Shown here: positions 52,301 to 60,877 of the stretch, piece by piece
Layout: each line of letters starts with the position of its first letter
How positions within the stretch are numbered: position 1 is the stretch's first letter
Virus record (IMG/VR): IMGVR_UViG_3300032282_005033
Location: 1-64,000 of that record
Origin: a virus
DNA: 64,000 bases
Direction: 5' to 3' (one strand)
Made by a program: the position numbers and the translations under genes
The notes under the pieces: model-generated
Databases searched by the model: none
Told to the model about the DNA's origin: nothing
What the model saw: the letters and a program-made list of their open reading frames with translations, nothing else

Positions 52301-52979
52301 CAGTTATTACGTCAGCTGGGTTGTACCATTTAACTTTTGGTCTGTCGTCGTTATTACCAAATAAAGGATCTGTTACAACTCTTTGAACAGCATACGTGAC
52401 GGGAAGGGCTATGGCTAAACTTCTTGATGCGCGCACCAATCTTTGCTGTACTGCGTCTCTATATGACCACATAGCTGCTGGTTCTTTACCAGCAGCTGCG
52501 CTCCTGAATTCCTTCAATGTCATCCATGTTGCACCATCGGATACAGTATTAGCTCCGGCAAGTCTAGTTAAAACTGGTTGTATTACTGACTTATCGGCTT
52601 TTTCAAAAAACAGTCTAGAGTAAGGATCGGAAATTCCTTCTACAGTTCTATTTACGCCCTCTAATTCGTCTAAAGCTTTTTTAATTTGGAGGGCTGTTTT
52701 TACAGCTGTTCTACCTATTTTTGAACCGCTATCAGAAGCTCTCTGAACGGTCTTAGCTAAGCTTAGGCCACCTTTCTCCATTTGCTTCGTAAGAACGAAT
52801 GTAGCAGCCATTGTAGCGGCTGTGGAGGCGACATAACGCAGTATAGGCTTATCGTGGAGAGCTCTTGAAAGAAGCCCGCTATTAGAACTGGGCCTTTCAT
52901 TTTCTTTATCTGTTTCTGGCACGTCACGTGAGGTGACACCATAGCCTATATTATGCAGTGGGATCTTATCTCTAAACAA
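46365..52979 (-). CDS. Tape-measure-like protein (2204 aa)
   Basis: Directly follows the tail chaperones; Ala/Gly/Arg-rich, helical, with hydrophobic stretches; TTG start with GAAGGG RBS. Confidence 0.65.
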   Translation of the reverse strand: MFRDKIPLHNIGYGVTSRDVPETDKENERPSSNSGLLSRALHDKPILRYVASTAATMAATFVLTKQMEKGGLSLAKTVQRASDSGSKIGRTAVKTALQIKKALDELEGVNRTVEGISDPYSRLFFEKADKSVIQPVLTRLAGANTVSDGATWMTLKEFRSAAAGKEPAAMWSYRDAVQQRLVRASRSLAIALPVTYAVQRVVTDPLFGNNDDRPKVKWYNPADVITDFVTQSVRNITKVVVPNAVAGAAVDHLRMLGNAPYLDHPMPLTANQRRTSNKIADLKTIMESFGQDTEKMLVQASRISASAGYAMEKSVSEATARDGGLLFSMQQARKGAKTARAASELSGEGKLRQASKFAKAYMFGMQDNDETYLGVLDSFSSIKGLPTGLRTFAKQYKAGRNAYDVISGAISFNEGLRRSSGDPNKASAMLTGAIRDLKAQHQSRFSSFINGSLAATDTIDPDKALGKPGSFTSAFERDAYQKTLIRNLTRRGIDKKTAEEFVSGIGIKKLPSVSGSNKAEISYGIRRIISGETNDDEFYQKLIQKAQKELGSKAKNFAFNTIKDAFTQTNVAFTDESYRKLLRERSQLAFQDFRKQILIPQANKIVRPQKAIFGDFSGPLSPSKQEYLVRKTAQSVGIKIVENDGTYVSTSYIHDELAKRGLDATDTDQLKQHLVDAKLMTNASSRGGFNLFGLKPLSVDEAFDKGVLEYNTPEQRIAARRLFAEIAINDPISKTIGFSNLTGVYETKSGKVIDTSILRKGISSFFGGLTDDVKIPVVNFNPLQMIGLGGPNNVRVGEEFQFISGSSRQNFLGETGEAPNVYAWVKQKGGLFGDKGSIVGVTRSGIQTELDEKFGLYKRYSSVSTDLYSRAARLATGAEGVRTSEVEEMQTGTPLSRFEKIRRAFDIGEEQPNSLIRKFGRFRNRKTDINNPTVLARLISEGTIQTGNGRTLSFKVDGTSISTVDQAGRQVHDHNTILAAFDSLREDAQKRAMTVRVMKENEKTLSLPKLDVGGGVFKHASEITTEPELRAAIQGVSERYASLKQALAARNVNGRGLTKSVNSLVNELENSTNLSLKETGSRSPTIRTRQDYLQNQLHKVLIEMHAFEKSAGNPSAIAIELEQALSELKKQNLISPAQLTEARAAGLSILLNISAFSTHQEGMQFGANASSSLRSIIAERDVNSAFGSALKGLVNPYSSQTITNIGASSVSKYANVVRPGFKRIFGAAPYQVGELTQNELGNAGTTFVPTFGTVLERRARGQVTTAGVFGSVIGANSYSSPSTFSAASIPAIHLVDRLNRGLGMVGLGLSNDYSGPLNQYGLGLIGKRALPIAVGAAALITADRTIGGFTRKKDARGQRVYSPYFGTKIARGIVEAQSIMAGIIPGGQNYGETKEQLLNGEVPVRQGRYWPLGITPFKGGKVLYYRPSYYRRMQSGSQYTSDSYGTPLEKFAFGYDFSPLRPFDPYRFERKHYEDRPYPVTGNYFTGPFGPAVPLLNATVGKILKPNIRMHTNATSNALANYVPAGMQGAYDPSGLLSSGKVNINAGQPGAYIATGGSGAGGGFGYGMGGGYGSSQVAGYQIGAYNQKLSRGAKNNLHTARNISFNTISSYNQGYVQAGQYGPPPVPGYIPPRIVPSGKPINESGGKMQRSELGYRVQEMSGIYGFGFSSLRETFGYGQKDFQPNRAVLESADRAYGTTRAFWDLNLGGLGDTPGALGGLELSEITRRFIPKRRNDISYINDIPNTVGLKHPFLPGSDYFINFKTGDPFSKVQEGELRLPGVAFERLNPTRTNYNDPITQLKILGDVAPYSRQYRALDRQLGMGGLDPGDRVETQKIRDQVAQTTQKNDFTPYKYKYTSAKELGIKNSAKVVANFGEYLAHRDTFINNKFFPNRTAQEDWERRNVYGTSFVEWKRPIDSFIKPIYNKATQRNPITAGLIAAGAGSLFGKTATTKAVGSLIGFTTGVTYASYAKAHQAVTNERFIPKDRRKQLALEEYMDMLTFVKNKSLALEANQAGDMQAANQFEQASKRTMYGADIYGSPIDTLALAIPKRKREHFKAMINAPEQERASILSTAPRLERRIFEAAWGMPVEKKPDLIEYFSRHELPNMSWEGWHPNTSMESIKIKVGDSMGINMSQMGYYPQQIREANLINASYPDYEKEEKPKNIAARLRMLMSRNGISGSVSPVMNTGGRSSINISAGVF

Positions 52980-52998
52980 GGACGATTACCCTTCTACT

Positions 52999-53625
52999 CT
53001 ATCTAGCACCCCATAGCTTTTGGGCAACTGGGTCGCTAAACTTAGCTTCGCCTTCTTTTCTAGATTGGTCATAGCGTCTAGCCTTATCTTCCAACTTTGC
53101 TTGCTCTTCTTCTGGGTCTATCAATTGCAATGTTATATTGGTTGATTCAACACCAGCAATTGCTTGTTTAATCTCCATTATTTTTTCAGACAAGGCAACT
53201 TTTTCCGCCAGTTTAGTATACGTTAAGTTATCTAAATCCTCAGGAGAGTATGCTGTTATAGTAGCCAGTACAAAGGCTTTCATTAAGCTTCTAACTTGAG
53301 CAGCTTGCTCTCTTTTTTGGTCTAAAACAAATTTAGCTTTGGATGGAGAAGCAAAACCAGATTCCTGCAAAATTTCTTCTGCCAAAGAAGATACAAGACC
53401 AGCTGGATAACTATCTAGATTAATACTTTCGGGATATATGACTGCAGATTTTATAATTAAATCTTCTATTTCAGCTGAAGATTCTCCAGAAATTTCGTAT
53501 TCTGTAATCTTATCAAACTCTGCGAATGTTAGTTCACGAAATATTATTGTATCTCTTTTAAGAGAGGTCTCAAAAATAGATCCATATTTTTCTTTTAATT
53601 TATATAATATTTCTGGATCTAACAT
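52999..53625 (-). CDS. Tail assembly chaperone (208 aa)
   Basis: LKEKYGSIF...IIFRELTFAEF...AGLVSSLAEEILQESGF; located before the tape-measure gene. Confidence 0.65.
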   Translation of the reverse strand: MLDPEILYKLKEKYGSIFETSLKRDTIIFRELTFAEFDKITEYEISGESSAEIEDLIIKSAVIYPESINLDSYPAGLVSSLAEEILQESGFASPSKAKFVLDQKREQAAQVRSLMKAFVLATITAYSPEDLDNLTYTKLAEKVALSEKIMEIKQAIAGVESTNITLQLIDPEEEQAKLEDKARRYDQSRKEGEAKFSDPVAQKLWGAR

Positions 53626-53629
53626 ATGA

Positions 53630-54139
53630 TTAGAGTTGTCTTACCTCAAGAGCTAAGAATCCAGAAGCCTCTAGAACCTCTTGTGAGATCAGAGAAGGAA
53701 GACCAGCCATTTCTGATACTAAAGACTGCTTGTCATAAGCGGGATACAAAACACAAATTTCTGCTATTGCCTCTTCGTTCCAAAGATTTGCTTCGCCCTG
53801 TGTTAATTGTCCAGCTTGGACTAATTGTTCCATTTTCTTAACAAGATTTTTGTATTCAAGTCTATTTAAAGTTCTCCAAGCAATGTGCTTATCATAGGTA
53901 ATTGATGTTACATAAACATCACCATATTCTCTTTTCCACATCTTTATCTGACCAGCGGTTGGTCCACCTGGCCAAATGAATTCATCGTCCGGAAGATCTT
54001 CGATACTAAGCGCTTCTTCGGGCTGAACGTCTTCAACTTGATCAACAGTTTCTTCCACTATTATAAAGGCTTCATCTGCACCAGTTTCTTCAATAATATC
54101 TGGAGCTTCTTTAATTACAACTTTTCTTGCTTCGTTCAT
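53630..54139 (-). CDS. Tail assembly chaperone (169 aa)
   Basis: IKMWKREYGDVY...IAWRTLNRLEY...AGLPSLISQEVLEASGF; paralog of the 208-aa gene. Confidence 0.7.
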   Translation of the reverse strand: MNEARKVVIKEAPDIIEETGADEAFIIVEETVDQVEDVQPEEALSIEDLPDDEFIWPGGPTAGQIKMWKREYGDVYVTSITYDKHIAWRTLNRLEYKNLVKKMEQLVQAGQLTQGEANLWNEEAIAEICVLYPAYDKQSLVSEMAGLPSLISQEVLEASGFLALEVRQL

Positions 54140-54170
54140 ATCTTCTCCTGTTTAATACATGTATTTAATT

Positions 54171-54179
54171 ATTATATCA
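54171..54179 (-). promoter_or_regulatory. Extended -10 promoter (TGATATAAT)
   Basis: In the intergenic gap about 30 nt upstream of the chaperone start, which has an AGGAG RBS. Confidence 0.5.
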
Positions 54180-54182
54180 CAA

Positions 54183-55232
54183 TTATCTTGGATCATTATT
54201 TCTGGCTAGATCTCTTCTAGTTAAAAGTTCTTCTTCAGTTGGCGGCTTAGATGTTGTTAACGGACTTGTAGCCTTAGAACCAGATTGGTCATTAGCTGTT
54301 ATAATACCATTTGGTGGGTTCTTTAATTTGCCATCAGATATATACATATCTCTTGCAGTAAATTGATATACTTCAATTAACGGATTCCCACCAGGAGCAT
54401 AAGCTGTAGACATTGAACTTAAATGAACACTTTGCAAAACAATATCCATAGGATTACTGTTTTTTTGCGAAAGTCTATCATTAAAATCTAATGACATTAG
54501 TCTGTCTAACATGTCATAATTATCATCTGGCTGAGAACCCTGGTTTCTTGCAACTGTTGTCATAGAACCTTCTTGGGCTCCATGTTTAATAATTAAGTTA
54601 AAAGGTGGATGGGCACTAAATATATTTCTTTGATCTGAGTTTCTATTATCATAACTTAATCTATCTAACTGACTGTTTGCCCAATACTTTTGTATATTTT
54701 GTTCGTCTTCTTGACTTTCACCATTTGATCTTAAATAAGATTGAACTTGTGAAGTTGGTTTTTCTGAATAAAATGAAGTTCTTGCTTCCGCTGCTTTACT
54801 CAAAAGATCCCTCATCTTACCGGGATATCTAGTATAAATTGCAAGTTCTCCTGTAACTATTCTTGAACCAACCATCATTACATCGTAATTATATGACCAG
54901 AAACCATATAGTGGGGATTTTTGTTGAGTAATCCCAAAAGAAAAAGAAGCTATATCTAATTCATCACCAGCATCAAATAAACCATCTATATAAACTTTTA
55001 CATCTTCACCCGTAAAAAAGTAATCATAATACATATTAAATTTATCTGCGTCGTCTGCTTTACCAGCCCATTGCAGATCAATATCTTCATTAAGCGGATC
55101 AAATGATTTTGGTAAAACCCTAGAAAAACTATCTCCGTTTCTACTAAAGGTTATATCGGGTGGTAGATACGCGCTAAATGGTCTAAATGGTTTACGACCA
55201 ACTATATTGCTGTAGTCATTTTGTTCTGCCAT
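54183..55232 (-). CDS. Tail tube-like / tube initiator protein (349 aa)
   Basis: YFFTGEDVKVYI...QQKSPLYGFWSY...GSRIVTGELAI...EVYQFTARD tube-fold pattern. Confidence 0.65.
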   Translation of the reverse strand: MAEQNDYSNIVGRKPFRPFSAYLPPDITFSRNGDSFSRVLPKSFDPLNEDIDLQWAGKADDADKFNMYYDYFFTGEDVKVYIDGLFDAGDELDIASFSFGITQQKSPLYGFWSYNYDVMMVGSRIVTGELAIYTRYPGKMRDLLSKAAEARTSFYSEKPTSQVQSYLRSNGESQEDEQNIQKYWANSQLDRLSYDNRNSDQRNIFSAHPPFNLIIKHGAQEGSMTTVARNQGSQPDDNYDMLDRLMSLDFNDRLSQKNSNPMDIVLQSVHLSSMSTAYAPGGNPLIEVYQFTARDMYISDGKLKNPPNGIITANDQSGSKATSPLTTSKPPTEEELLTRRDLARNNDPR

Positions 55233-55233
55233 A

Positions 55234-55983
55234 TTATATTGGTTTCGCTATTCTGTCTATAAAAGTTGTATATTCTTTCATTTTATCTTCGCCATAATAA
55301 TTTTCTTGTCTTTGTTTGTAGACTGCGCTTTCACCTTCTTCTGACCCAAGAAGCATTGGGTCATAGTCCATAGAAATTAACGGTTGTATACCCCTGGCCA
55401 TAAACGTGTATGTTTGTTCTGTTATTAAGTCGTCAACAGACATAGTCTGTCCTTCATCAACTATTGTAACACCATAGATTTTCATTTTTGCGCCAAGTCC
55501 GTACTCATTAAAAAATGTTAATACTATATCAAATGGCGGCAGCATGTCTGCCAGTGGAGCAAAGAACAAACCACTTTGAGACATCATATGTCTATATTCT
55601 TTTATTCTATAAAAAGCGTATTCATTAAATACCGTGAATATTAAAGAACCAGCTATTGTTCTACCGCCCTTAACAAAACCTCGTGGATTTACATGGCCCA
55701 ATGTTCTAACTGGTGAATTTTCCCTGTGTATAGAATAAGATATTGTTTGCACTTCCGCTAATTCAAGAACATCCATTTCTCCTATTGTTCCATTTACTCT
55801 GTCTATATTTGGAATAACCATTGTTGCAGATATGTCAGTGCCTGCAAAAGACATGTTAGAAAACGGATCAGGAAGACCTTTTTCAACGCGGGCTTTGCTT
55901 AAGGTACTTTGATCATAAAGACTTTTTCTTCTGTGGTATGGACCAAAGTCATATTTTATTGGTTGAGGATCAATTATGTTCAT
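55234..55983 (-). CDS. Tail tube-like protein (249 aa)
   Basis: SFAGTDI...ISYSIHRENSPVRTLG..NPRGFVKGGRTIAGSLIFTVF; clear paralog of the 232-aa tube protein. Confidence 0.75.
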   Translation of the reverse strand: MNIIDPQPIKYDFGPYHRRKSLYDQSTLSKARVEKGLPDPFSNMSFAGTDISATMVIPNIDRVNGTIGEMDVLELAEVQTISYSIHRENSPVRTLGHVNPRGFVKGGRTIAGSLIFTVFNEYAFYRIKEYRHMMSQSGLFFAPLADMLPPFDIVLTFFNEYGLGAKMKIYGVTIVDEGQTMSVDDLITEQTYTFMARGIQPLISMDYDPMLLGSEEGESAVYKQRQENYYGEDKMKEYTTFIDRIAKPI

Positions 55984-56003
55984 ATTATCCTATCTTAGTT
56001 TAT

Positions 56004-56045
56004 AAAAAAATATGGAGGACAAAGGTTTCCCCCGTCCTCCATATT
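56004..56045 (-). terminator. Intrinsic terminator after the major tail tube gene
   Basis: The minus strand reads AATATGGAGGAC-GGGGGAAACCTTT-GTCCTCCATATT-TTTTT. Confidence 0.85.
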
Positions 56046-56067
56046 ACTTACTTTTTATTGTTTAAAC

Positions 56068-56766
56068 TTATGGTCTGATTATCTTAGGATTCAAACCAGC
56101 CTCAGAAACAGTATCTTTGTTTATTATGTCTCTAAGGTCACCAGTATTAAACTTGCCGCTAGACAATTGGTCAGTTGTAATTCTATACATCGGACCTATT
56201 TCTCTAGCAACGTAAGTCATCGTTTCTTCAATAACAATGTCATCCATCGAAGCGCCAGAACCTTCGTTAAGAAGTTCAACACCATAGATCGAGCGCACTG
56301 CACCTTGGCCATATTCGTTAGCAAAGGTTATCGTTATATCAAACGGAGGAATTTGGTCAGCGTAGAATGGAACCTGTGATACTACGTCTGAGTCCTGTGA
56401 ACTGAACTCAGCAATACCGCGCTTGTGTCCAACATCACCTGGAAGAGTATTATGTCTTCTGGTGTAGAACAATTGTGGGTTATCTTTCTGATGGTTTGCA
56501 TCAAGCATCTGATAAAGAGCTGGACGATCAAACACTGTAAAAATCAGTGATCCTGCAATACCACGCTTGCCTCTTGAAAATGATCTTGGGTTTGGTGAAC
56601 CCATTGTGTAGATAGGAGCTTTTTCTCTTGTGACGGAGAAAGTAATTCCTGAAAGAGCACCGATTTCAATGCCACCAAAAGTAGCAACGATATCTGCGCC
56701 AGAAAATGTGGTGTAAGTATTTAGATACTTATTAACCGCACTATCGTAGTAGTCTGAACCAGCCAT
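56068..56766 (-). CDS. Major tail tube protein
   Basis: Follows the sheath gene, has a GGAGG RBS, and contains FSGADI...SVTREKAPIYTMGSPNPRSFSRGKRGIAGSLIF. Confidence 0.8.
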   Translation of the reverse strand: MAGSDYYDSAVNKYLNTYTTFSGADIVATFGGIEIGALSGITFSVTREKAPIYTMGSPNPRSFSRGKRGIAGSLIFTVFDRPALYQMLDANHQKDNPQLFYTRRHNTLPGDVGHKRGIAEFSSQDSDVVSQVPFYADQIPPFDITITFANEYGQGAVRSIYGVELLNEGSGASMDDIVIEETMTYVAREIGPMYRITTDQLSSGKFNTGDLRDIINKDTVSEAGLNPKIIRP

Positions 56767-56806
56767 ATTATACCCTCCAATTCGGTATTTTAATTATATG
56801 TTTTTA

Positions 56807-58075
56807 TTATGCAGTTACAGCGACTTGAACTTCAATGTTCTTGATTTCAAACGCTGGTGTGAGCACGAGGTCAACAAACGCCTTGTTTTCTGCTGGCCAG
56901 TAACTTACTGTAAAGTCACTGTCGAGCAAGGCACCTACTTGTTGCATGCCGCGCAATGCCGAAGTAATTGCTGTCTCCATTGAGTTACGTGTCTGTAACG
57001 TTGAAGCCTCGCCAACAAACTTCGAGCAAACTTGTCTAACCAACAGAGCAGCCTCGGTGACTATTCTCATGGTCGAAATTCTTGTGTAATCTGAAGTAGC
57101 TGCTGCCATTGTCAATCCCTCTACGAACACAGGTACTTTATTGAAATTCAATGCAATAAAGTTAACTCCAAGGTCTGATAAACCACCTTGCTGAGTTCTT
57201 GTAGGATTGTAACGGAGTGAAGCTACGTTATAAGCTGTCTTGTTTACTGGTGAAGTAAAGGATGACATTCTGCTAATTGCTGCTGCAAATGCACATGCGC
57301 CATTAGCGTAACCCCATTCTGCTGGGTAGTTAACTGGCTTGACTTCAGTCGCAATAACAACAACGTGTCTACCAATTTCCGACATAGCATCTGAATCTCT
57401 GCTAATTAAGTTAGCAGGGCCTGCACCGGAATTATAAACATGAGTTGATACTTGTGCTGGTGTCATAAATTGGGTTGTGCCAATGTATGGCTTAATTCCC
57501 ATAACAGCAAAGCATGCGTGTGAATTTTCCGAAATTTCTTTAACTTTTGTAGCAACTTTGAGAGCAAAGCTACCCGATCCAGTACCGTTGTTGGCGTAAA
57601 AACCAAATCCAGTTCCAGTGGTCAATGTATTTGGAGTTGCTCCGTCAACATCCCACTCTTCCGGATGACCAGAACGGCCCCAAGGAACGATAATGTCTGG
57701 TTGACCAGCTTCTGCTGCTTCAAATGCGGCGTCAAAAACGTTTCCGCCACCTGTTGCTGCATAAGTTGCGCTGGTTATTGCACCAGTGGTATAGTTAAAT
57801 GTTGAGTCTGCTGGAAGTGGAACGATGAAAATTCTTTCTGCGCCACCTTGTACCAATTCATAGTATCCCCTATGAACATCGGAATCTTTTCCGAATGCAG
57901 TGATAACATCTTGTTCAGTGGTAGCCTGAACTACGTCAAGATCCTTAACGTTGCCAGTTCCATCTGCGGTTCCTCTTACAGCAATAAGAACCACTCTAGG
58001 TCCTACAGGAGTATCCTGACGAGAAATGCTATAAAATCTATCTTTTACTATTGTTTTTACACCTGGTAGAGCCAT
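56807..58075 (-). CDS. Contractile tail sheath protein (422 aa)
   Basis: N-terminal MALPGV and a C-terminal sheath domain (LSDLGVNFI...DYTRISTMRIV...FVGE...VDLVLTPAFEIKNIEV). GGAGG RBS. Confidence 0.85.
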   Translation of the reverse strand: MALPGVKTIVKDRFYSISRQDTPVGPRVVLIAVRGTADGTGNVKDLDVVQATTEQDVITAFGKDSDVHRGYYELVQGGAERIFIVPLPADSTFNYTTGAITSATYAATGGGNVFDAAFEAAEAGQPDIIVPWGRSGHPEEWDVDGATPNTLTTGTGFGFYANNGTGSGSFALKVATKVKEISENSHACFAVMGIKPYIGTTQFMTPAQVSTHVYNSGAGPANLISRDSDAMSEIGRHVVVIATEVKPVNYPAEWGYANGACAFAAAISRMSSFTSPVNKTAYNVASLRYNPTRTQQGGLSDLGVNFIALNFNKVPVFVEGLTMAAATSDYTRISTMRIVTEAALLVRQVCSKFVGEASTLQTRNSMETAITSALRGMQQVGALLDSDFTVSYWPAENKAFVDLVLTPAFEIKNIEVQVAVTA

Positions 58076-58123
58076 TGTCCTTTAGACCTCCGCTTGCAGC
58101 AAAACTTATTTTTACTTCAAGAA

Positions 58124-58131
58124 TATAGTAA
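58124..58131 (-). promoter_or_regulatory. Candidate late-promoter motif TTACTATA upstream of the sheath gene
   Basis: Recurrent intergenic octamer. Confidence 0.5.
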
Positions 58132-58163
58132 TGGGTAGTATTTCAAAACAAACTACATAAATA

Positions 58164-58901
58164 TTATGAATTTGGTGTAGCGCCTTGGTATAGGTCAATA
58201 ATATTTAAATCTGTTCCCTCAGTTGAAGGGGTTGAATGGCTATAATATTGGTCCCAAATTTCTTTTTCATAAGCCATATATCTTCTTACATCTATGGCTA
58301 TTTCTTCTATTTTGTTAACTTCCATAGCAAACAGCTTTTCAGTAGTTAACATATAGCTAACAGTTCTTTTATTAACGTCTTCAGACCCTCTATTTTCTTC
58401 TGAATCAGACAGTCTTCTAGCGTAAACTAATTCAGAAGCTCCTAATCTTTTAAAAACTGGAGTATACTCTAACATAAAATCCTCAAAAGCTTCTATTATT
58501 TGTTCCGCGACTTCTGGTCCAGAACTTCTTCCAGTAGTCCCTTTTAACTTACTTCCTTCAGTTGTTTCTGTAATAACAGTAAAGGTTATTACATTTTGAA
58601 ATCTTTGTCCAAAAACTGCTACATCCTTATTAGGGGAAATTCTAGTTCTGGGCTTTGGTTCTGTTGAATGAGCTTTTCTTAATTCTAAGCCATAAACTAT
58701 GACTGGATAATGGACATAATCACCAGACTGTGTTGGTTTTATTTTAATATCTGGATATGCGTTTTCCCAAAGGGCTTTAACAGCAGTTATAAATTCTAGA
58801 TAACTTAAGTTGCCCTGCGCTTGTAGTGGCGCGCCAAACATTCTATCGTAGTCTATTTCATTTACATTAGAAGCTGGAAATCTTATTTGGTTCTGTGGCA
58901 T
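58164..58901 (-). CDS. Putative tail terminator/completion protein (245 aa)
   Basis: Position between the neck genes and the sheath gene; mixed alpha/beta pattern. Confidence 0.5.
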   Translation of the reverse strand: MPQNQIRFPASNVNEIDYDRMFGAPLQAQGNLSYLEFITAVKALWENAYPDIKIKPTQSGDYVHYPVIVYGLELRKAHSTEPKPRTRISPNKDVAVFGQRFQNVITFTVITETTEGSKLKGTTGRSSGPEVAEQIIEAFEDFMLEYTPVFKRLGASELVYARRLSDSEENRGSEDVNKRTVSYMLTTEKLFAMEVNKIEEIAIDVRRYMAYEKEIWDQYYSHSTPSTEGTDLNIIDLYQGATPNS

Positions 58902-60493
58902 TACGCACCTCTACCTGTTGATACGTTGAATGATATTTCTCTTAATGTTCTTGAAGAAATTAAAACTATACTAAAATATATTTTACTTTTTTCTTCTTTA
59001 TCTGCAAAAGCTTCTAATTTATAGTCTCTTATTATATCATTTTCTTTTAAGAATGAAAGTAATGTTTCTACTTTCGCAGTTGTTTTTGCGTAACTAAATT
59101 TACCTATTGAATTTTTTGCCATTGCCTGGACCTCTGCTATAACCATAGCGGCAAGTCTAATATTACTTGAATCCTTAAAATTATCACTTACAGATTGAGT
59201 ATAATCACTTGTCAGATAAGTATCATATGGACCAACTGTTTTTCTAGATCTACCACCTCTTACGATTGTATTAATATTTTTTGCATTCAATGCCCTAACC
59301 TGATCTACGTTTAAATTTGCTCCATGGATAGATAAAGCCGAAGGTATTTTTTGTTTGCTTAAACCTTTATTAACTTGATTCGAACACAACATGCCGGCAA
59401 CTGCTGCGGCTACAGAATTGCTATAACTTAACTGCATTTGTTTATGGGCAAAGATTGCCTCACCATAAACAAGTAATACATGCTTTCCAGTGTCCTTTGT
59501 TATATAACCATTTGTATCCACAACTGATTGAATGTCAAAATTTGTTGCCAATAGTTCTGTTACATCACTTGAACTGACGCCATCATTTTTTGATCCTGCT
59601 ATACCTATTGTTATTTCTCCAGTATTTTGTTGAATTTTATAACAAAAATTAGCTAATTGTTTTACAAAATTAACTCCACCAGTATTTACTATACTTATCT
59701 CAAGCGGAACAATAACATCTAAAAACTCATACTCTTCTAACAGCTTATAGCATTGTGACAATCTATCATAATAAGATTCATAAAAAGAATATGTTTCATT
59801 AAGTGAATCTTTAAATATCTTAATATTTCTTTCAGAAACCTTACTTACATACTCACTCATATAACCAGCAGACATTACGTATATGTCACGCGCTCCGCAA
59901 GAATAAGCATCAAATACACCTCTAAGTAAGGGTGAATTCATATCTCCTCTTAACAAATCTATTGCATTTTGCATTGAAACAATTTTTTGTATGCCATAAG
60001 GTTCCATTGCATCAGTGTGACCTATGAGCATTAGATTATTGGTGTCAAATTGGCCCATTTGTCTATACTTTGATTTTGGATTTAATGCTACAGTTTTATC
60101 AACAAGTCCATACGTTGGTTCGGCATATATACTGTACCCTGTTTTATTCTCTAAATTTATTTCTTTTAGATCAGTTACTCCATTAACTTTAGTGTTAATG
60201 CCAATGGTGTATACACCATCAAATAAATTTAGAGGAACCTTTATATTTAATTCGTATGAACCTTCTGATATTCTTTCAACATAATCTGTTTCACTAAAAT
60301 ATTGTATTAAAGTGGGAGATGCTGCTGTAGCTTTTTCAACACTATATATGTAAGGACCAAGTATTCTTGCTCCAGTGCTGTTGAATCCTCTATTTAAATA
60401 AATGTTTATTTCAGAACTTGGATCTAAATATTCATATCCATCTTTATATACAAATGGTATTTTAACGAATAAACCGGGAGATGCTATTAACAT
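58901..60493 (-). CDS. Second sheath-like protein with an N-terminal Ig-like domain (530 aa)
   Basis: C-terminal sheath-like LNAKNINTIV...NIRLAAMVI...IIRDY...TLREISFNV. The internal SPLLRGVFDAYSCGARDIYV resembles SDVHRGYYELVQGGAERIFI in the sheath protein. Confidence 0.65.
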   Translation of the reverse strand: MLIASPGLFVKIPFVYKDGYEYLDPSSEINIYLNRGFNSTGARILGPYIYSVEKATAASPTLIQYFSETDYVERISEGSYELNIKVPLNLFDGVYTIGINTKVNGVTDLKEINLENKTGYSIYAEPTYGLVDKTVALNPKSKYRQMGQFDTNNLMLIGHTDAMEPYGIQKIVSMQNAIDLLRGDMNSPLLRGVFDAYSCGARDIYVMSAGYMSEYVSKVSERNIKIFKDSLNETYSFYESYYDRLSQCYKLLEEYEFLDVIVPLEISIVNTGGVNFVKQLANFCYKIQQNTGEITIGIAGSKNDGVSSSDVTELLATNFDIQSVVDTNGYITKDTGKHVLLVYGEAIFAHKQMQLSYSNSVAAAVAGMLCSNQVNKGLSKQKIPSALSIHGANLNVDQVRALNAKNINTIVRGGRSRKTVGPYDTYLTSDYTQSVSDNFKDSSNIRLAAMVIAEVQAMAKNSIGKFSYAKTTAKVETLLSFLKENDIIRDYKLEAFADKEEKSKIYFSIVLISSRTLREISFNVSTGRGA

Positions 60494-60496
60494 AAA

Positions 60497-60877
60497 TTAA
60501 CTCGATGGACTTTCTTTAGTTGCTCCAACCGTCCAATAATGGATTTCCCCAAGTCTTCCTCTAACTGGGTAACATTCTTCTATTACATAGATAATGTAGT
60601 CATTTAACCCTGCTGGAGAGCTTTCATATATTCTATCACCAGAATTTGGATTAATTGAACTTTCAAAATAATAAATTCTATCTGAATTAATTATTATTCC
60701 TTCTATTTCCTCTTCTTTTGTTGAAGCTAAATACCTAGAAGCTGCCGTTATATGCCTAGTTGTCACTCTTTCAAATCGGTCAGAATATAGACCATCATCA
60801 GATAATCTTCTTTGCAACAGTACGTCATGGCCCCATTCTCTCAATATTTTTTTAAATATAGATTTTGAATTAATCAT
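60497..60877 (-). CDS. Head-tail adaptor/closure protein (126 aa)
   Basis: Size, position and the YYFE...P.SGDRI...Y.IEE.YP.RG pattern. Confidence 0.55.
   Translation of the reverse strand: MINSKSIFKKILREWGHDVLLQRRLSDDGLYSDRFERVTTRHITAASRYLASTKEEEIEGIIINSDRIYYFESSINPNSGDRIYESSPAGLNDYIIYVIEECYPVRGRLGEIHYWTVGATKESPSS

Noticed and set aside
25173-60493. Bacterial extracellular contractile injection system or tailocin
   Set aside because: Neck genes, phage-type nrdJ and thyX, the 2OG oxygenase array and uniform single-strand dense coding indicate a phage genome.
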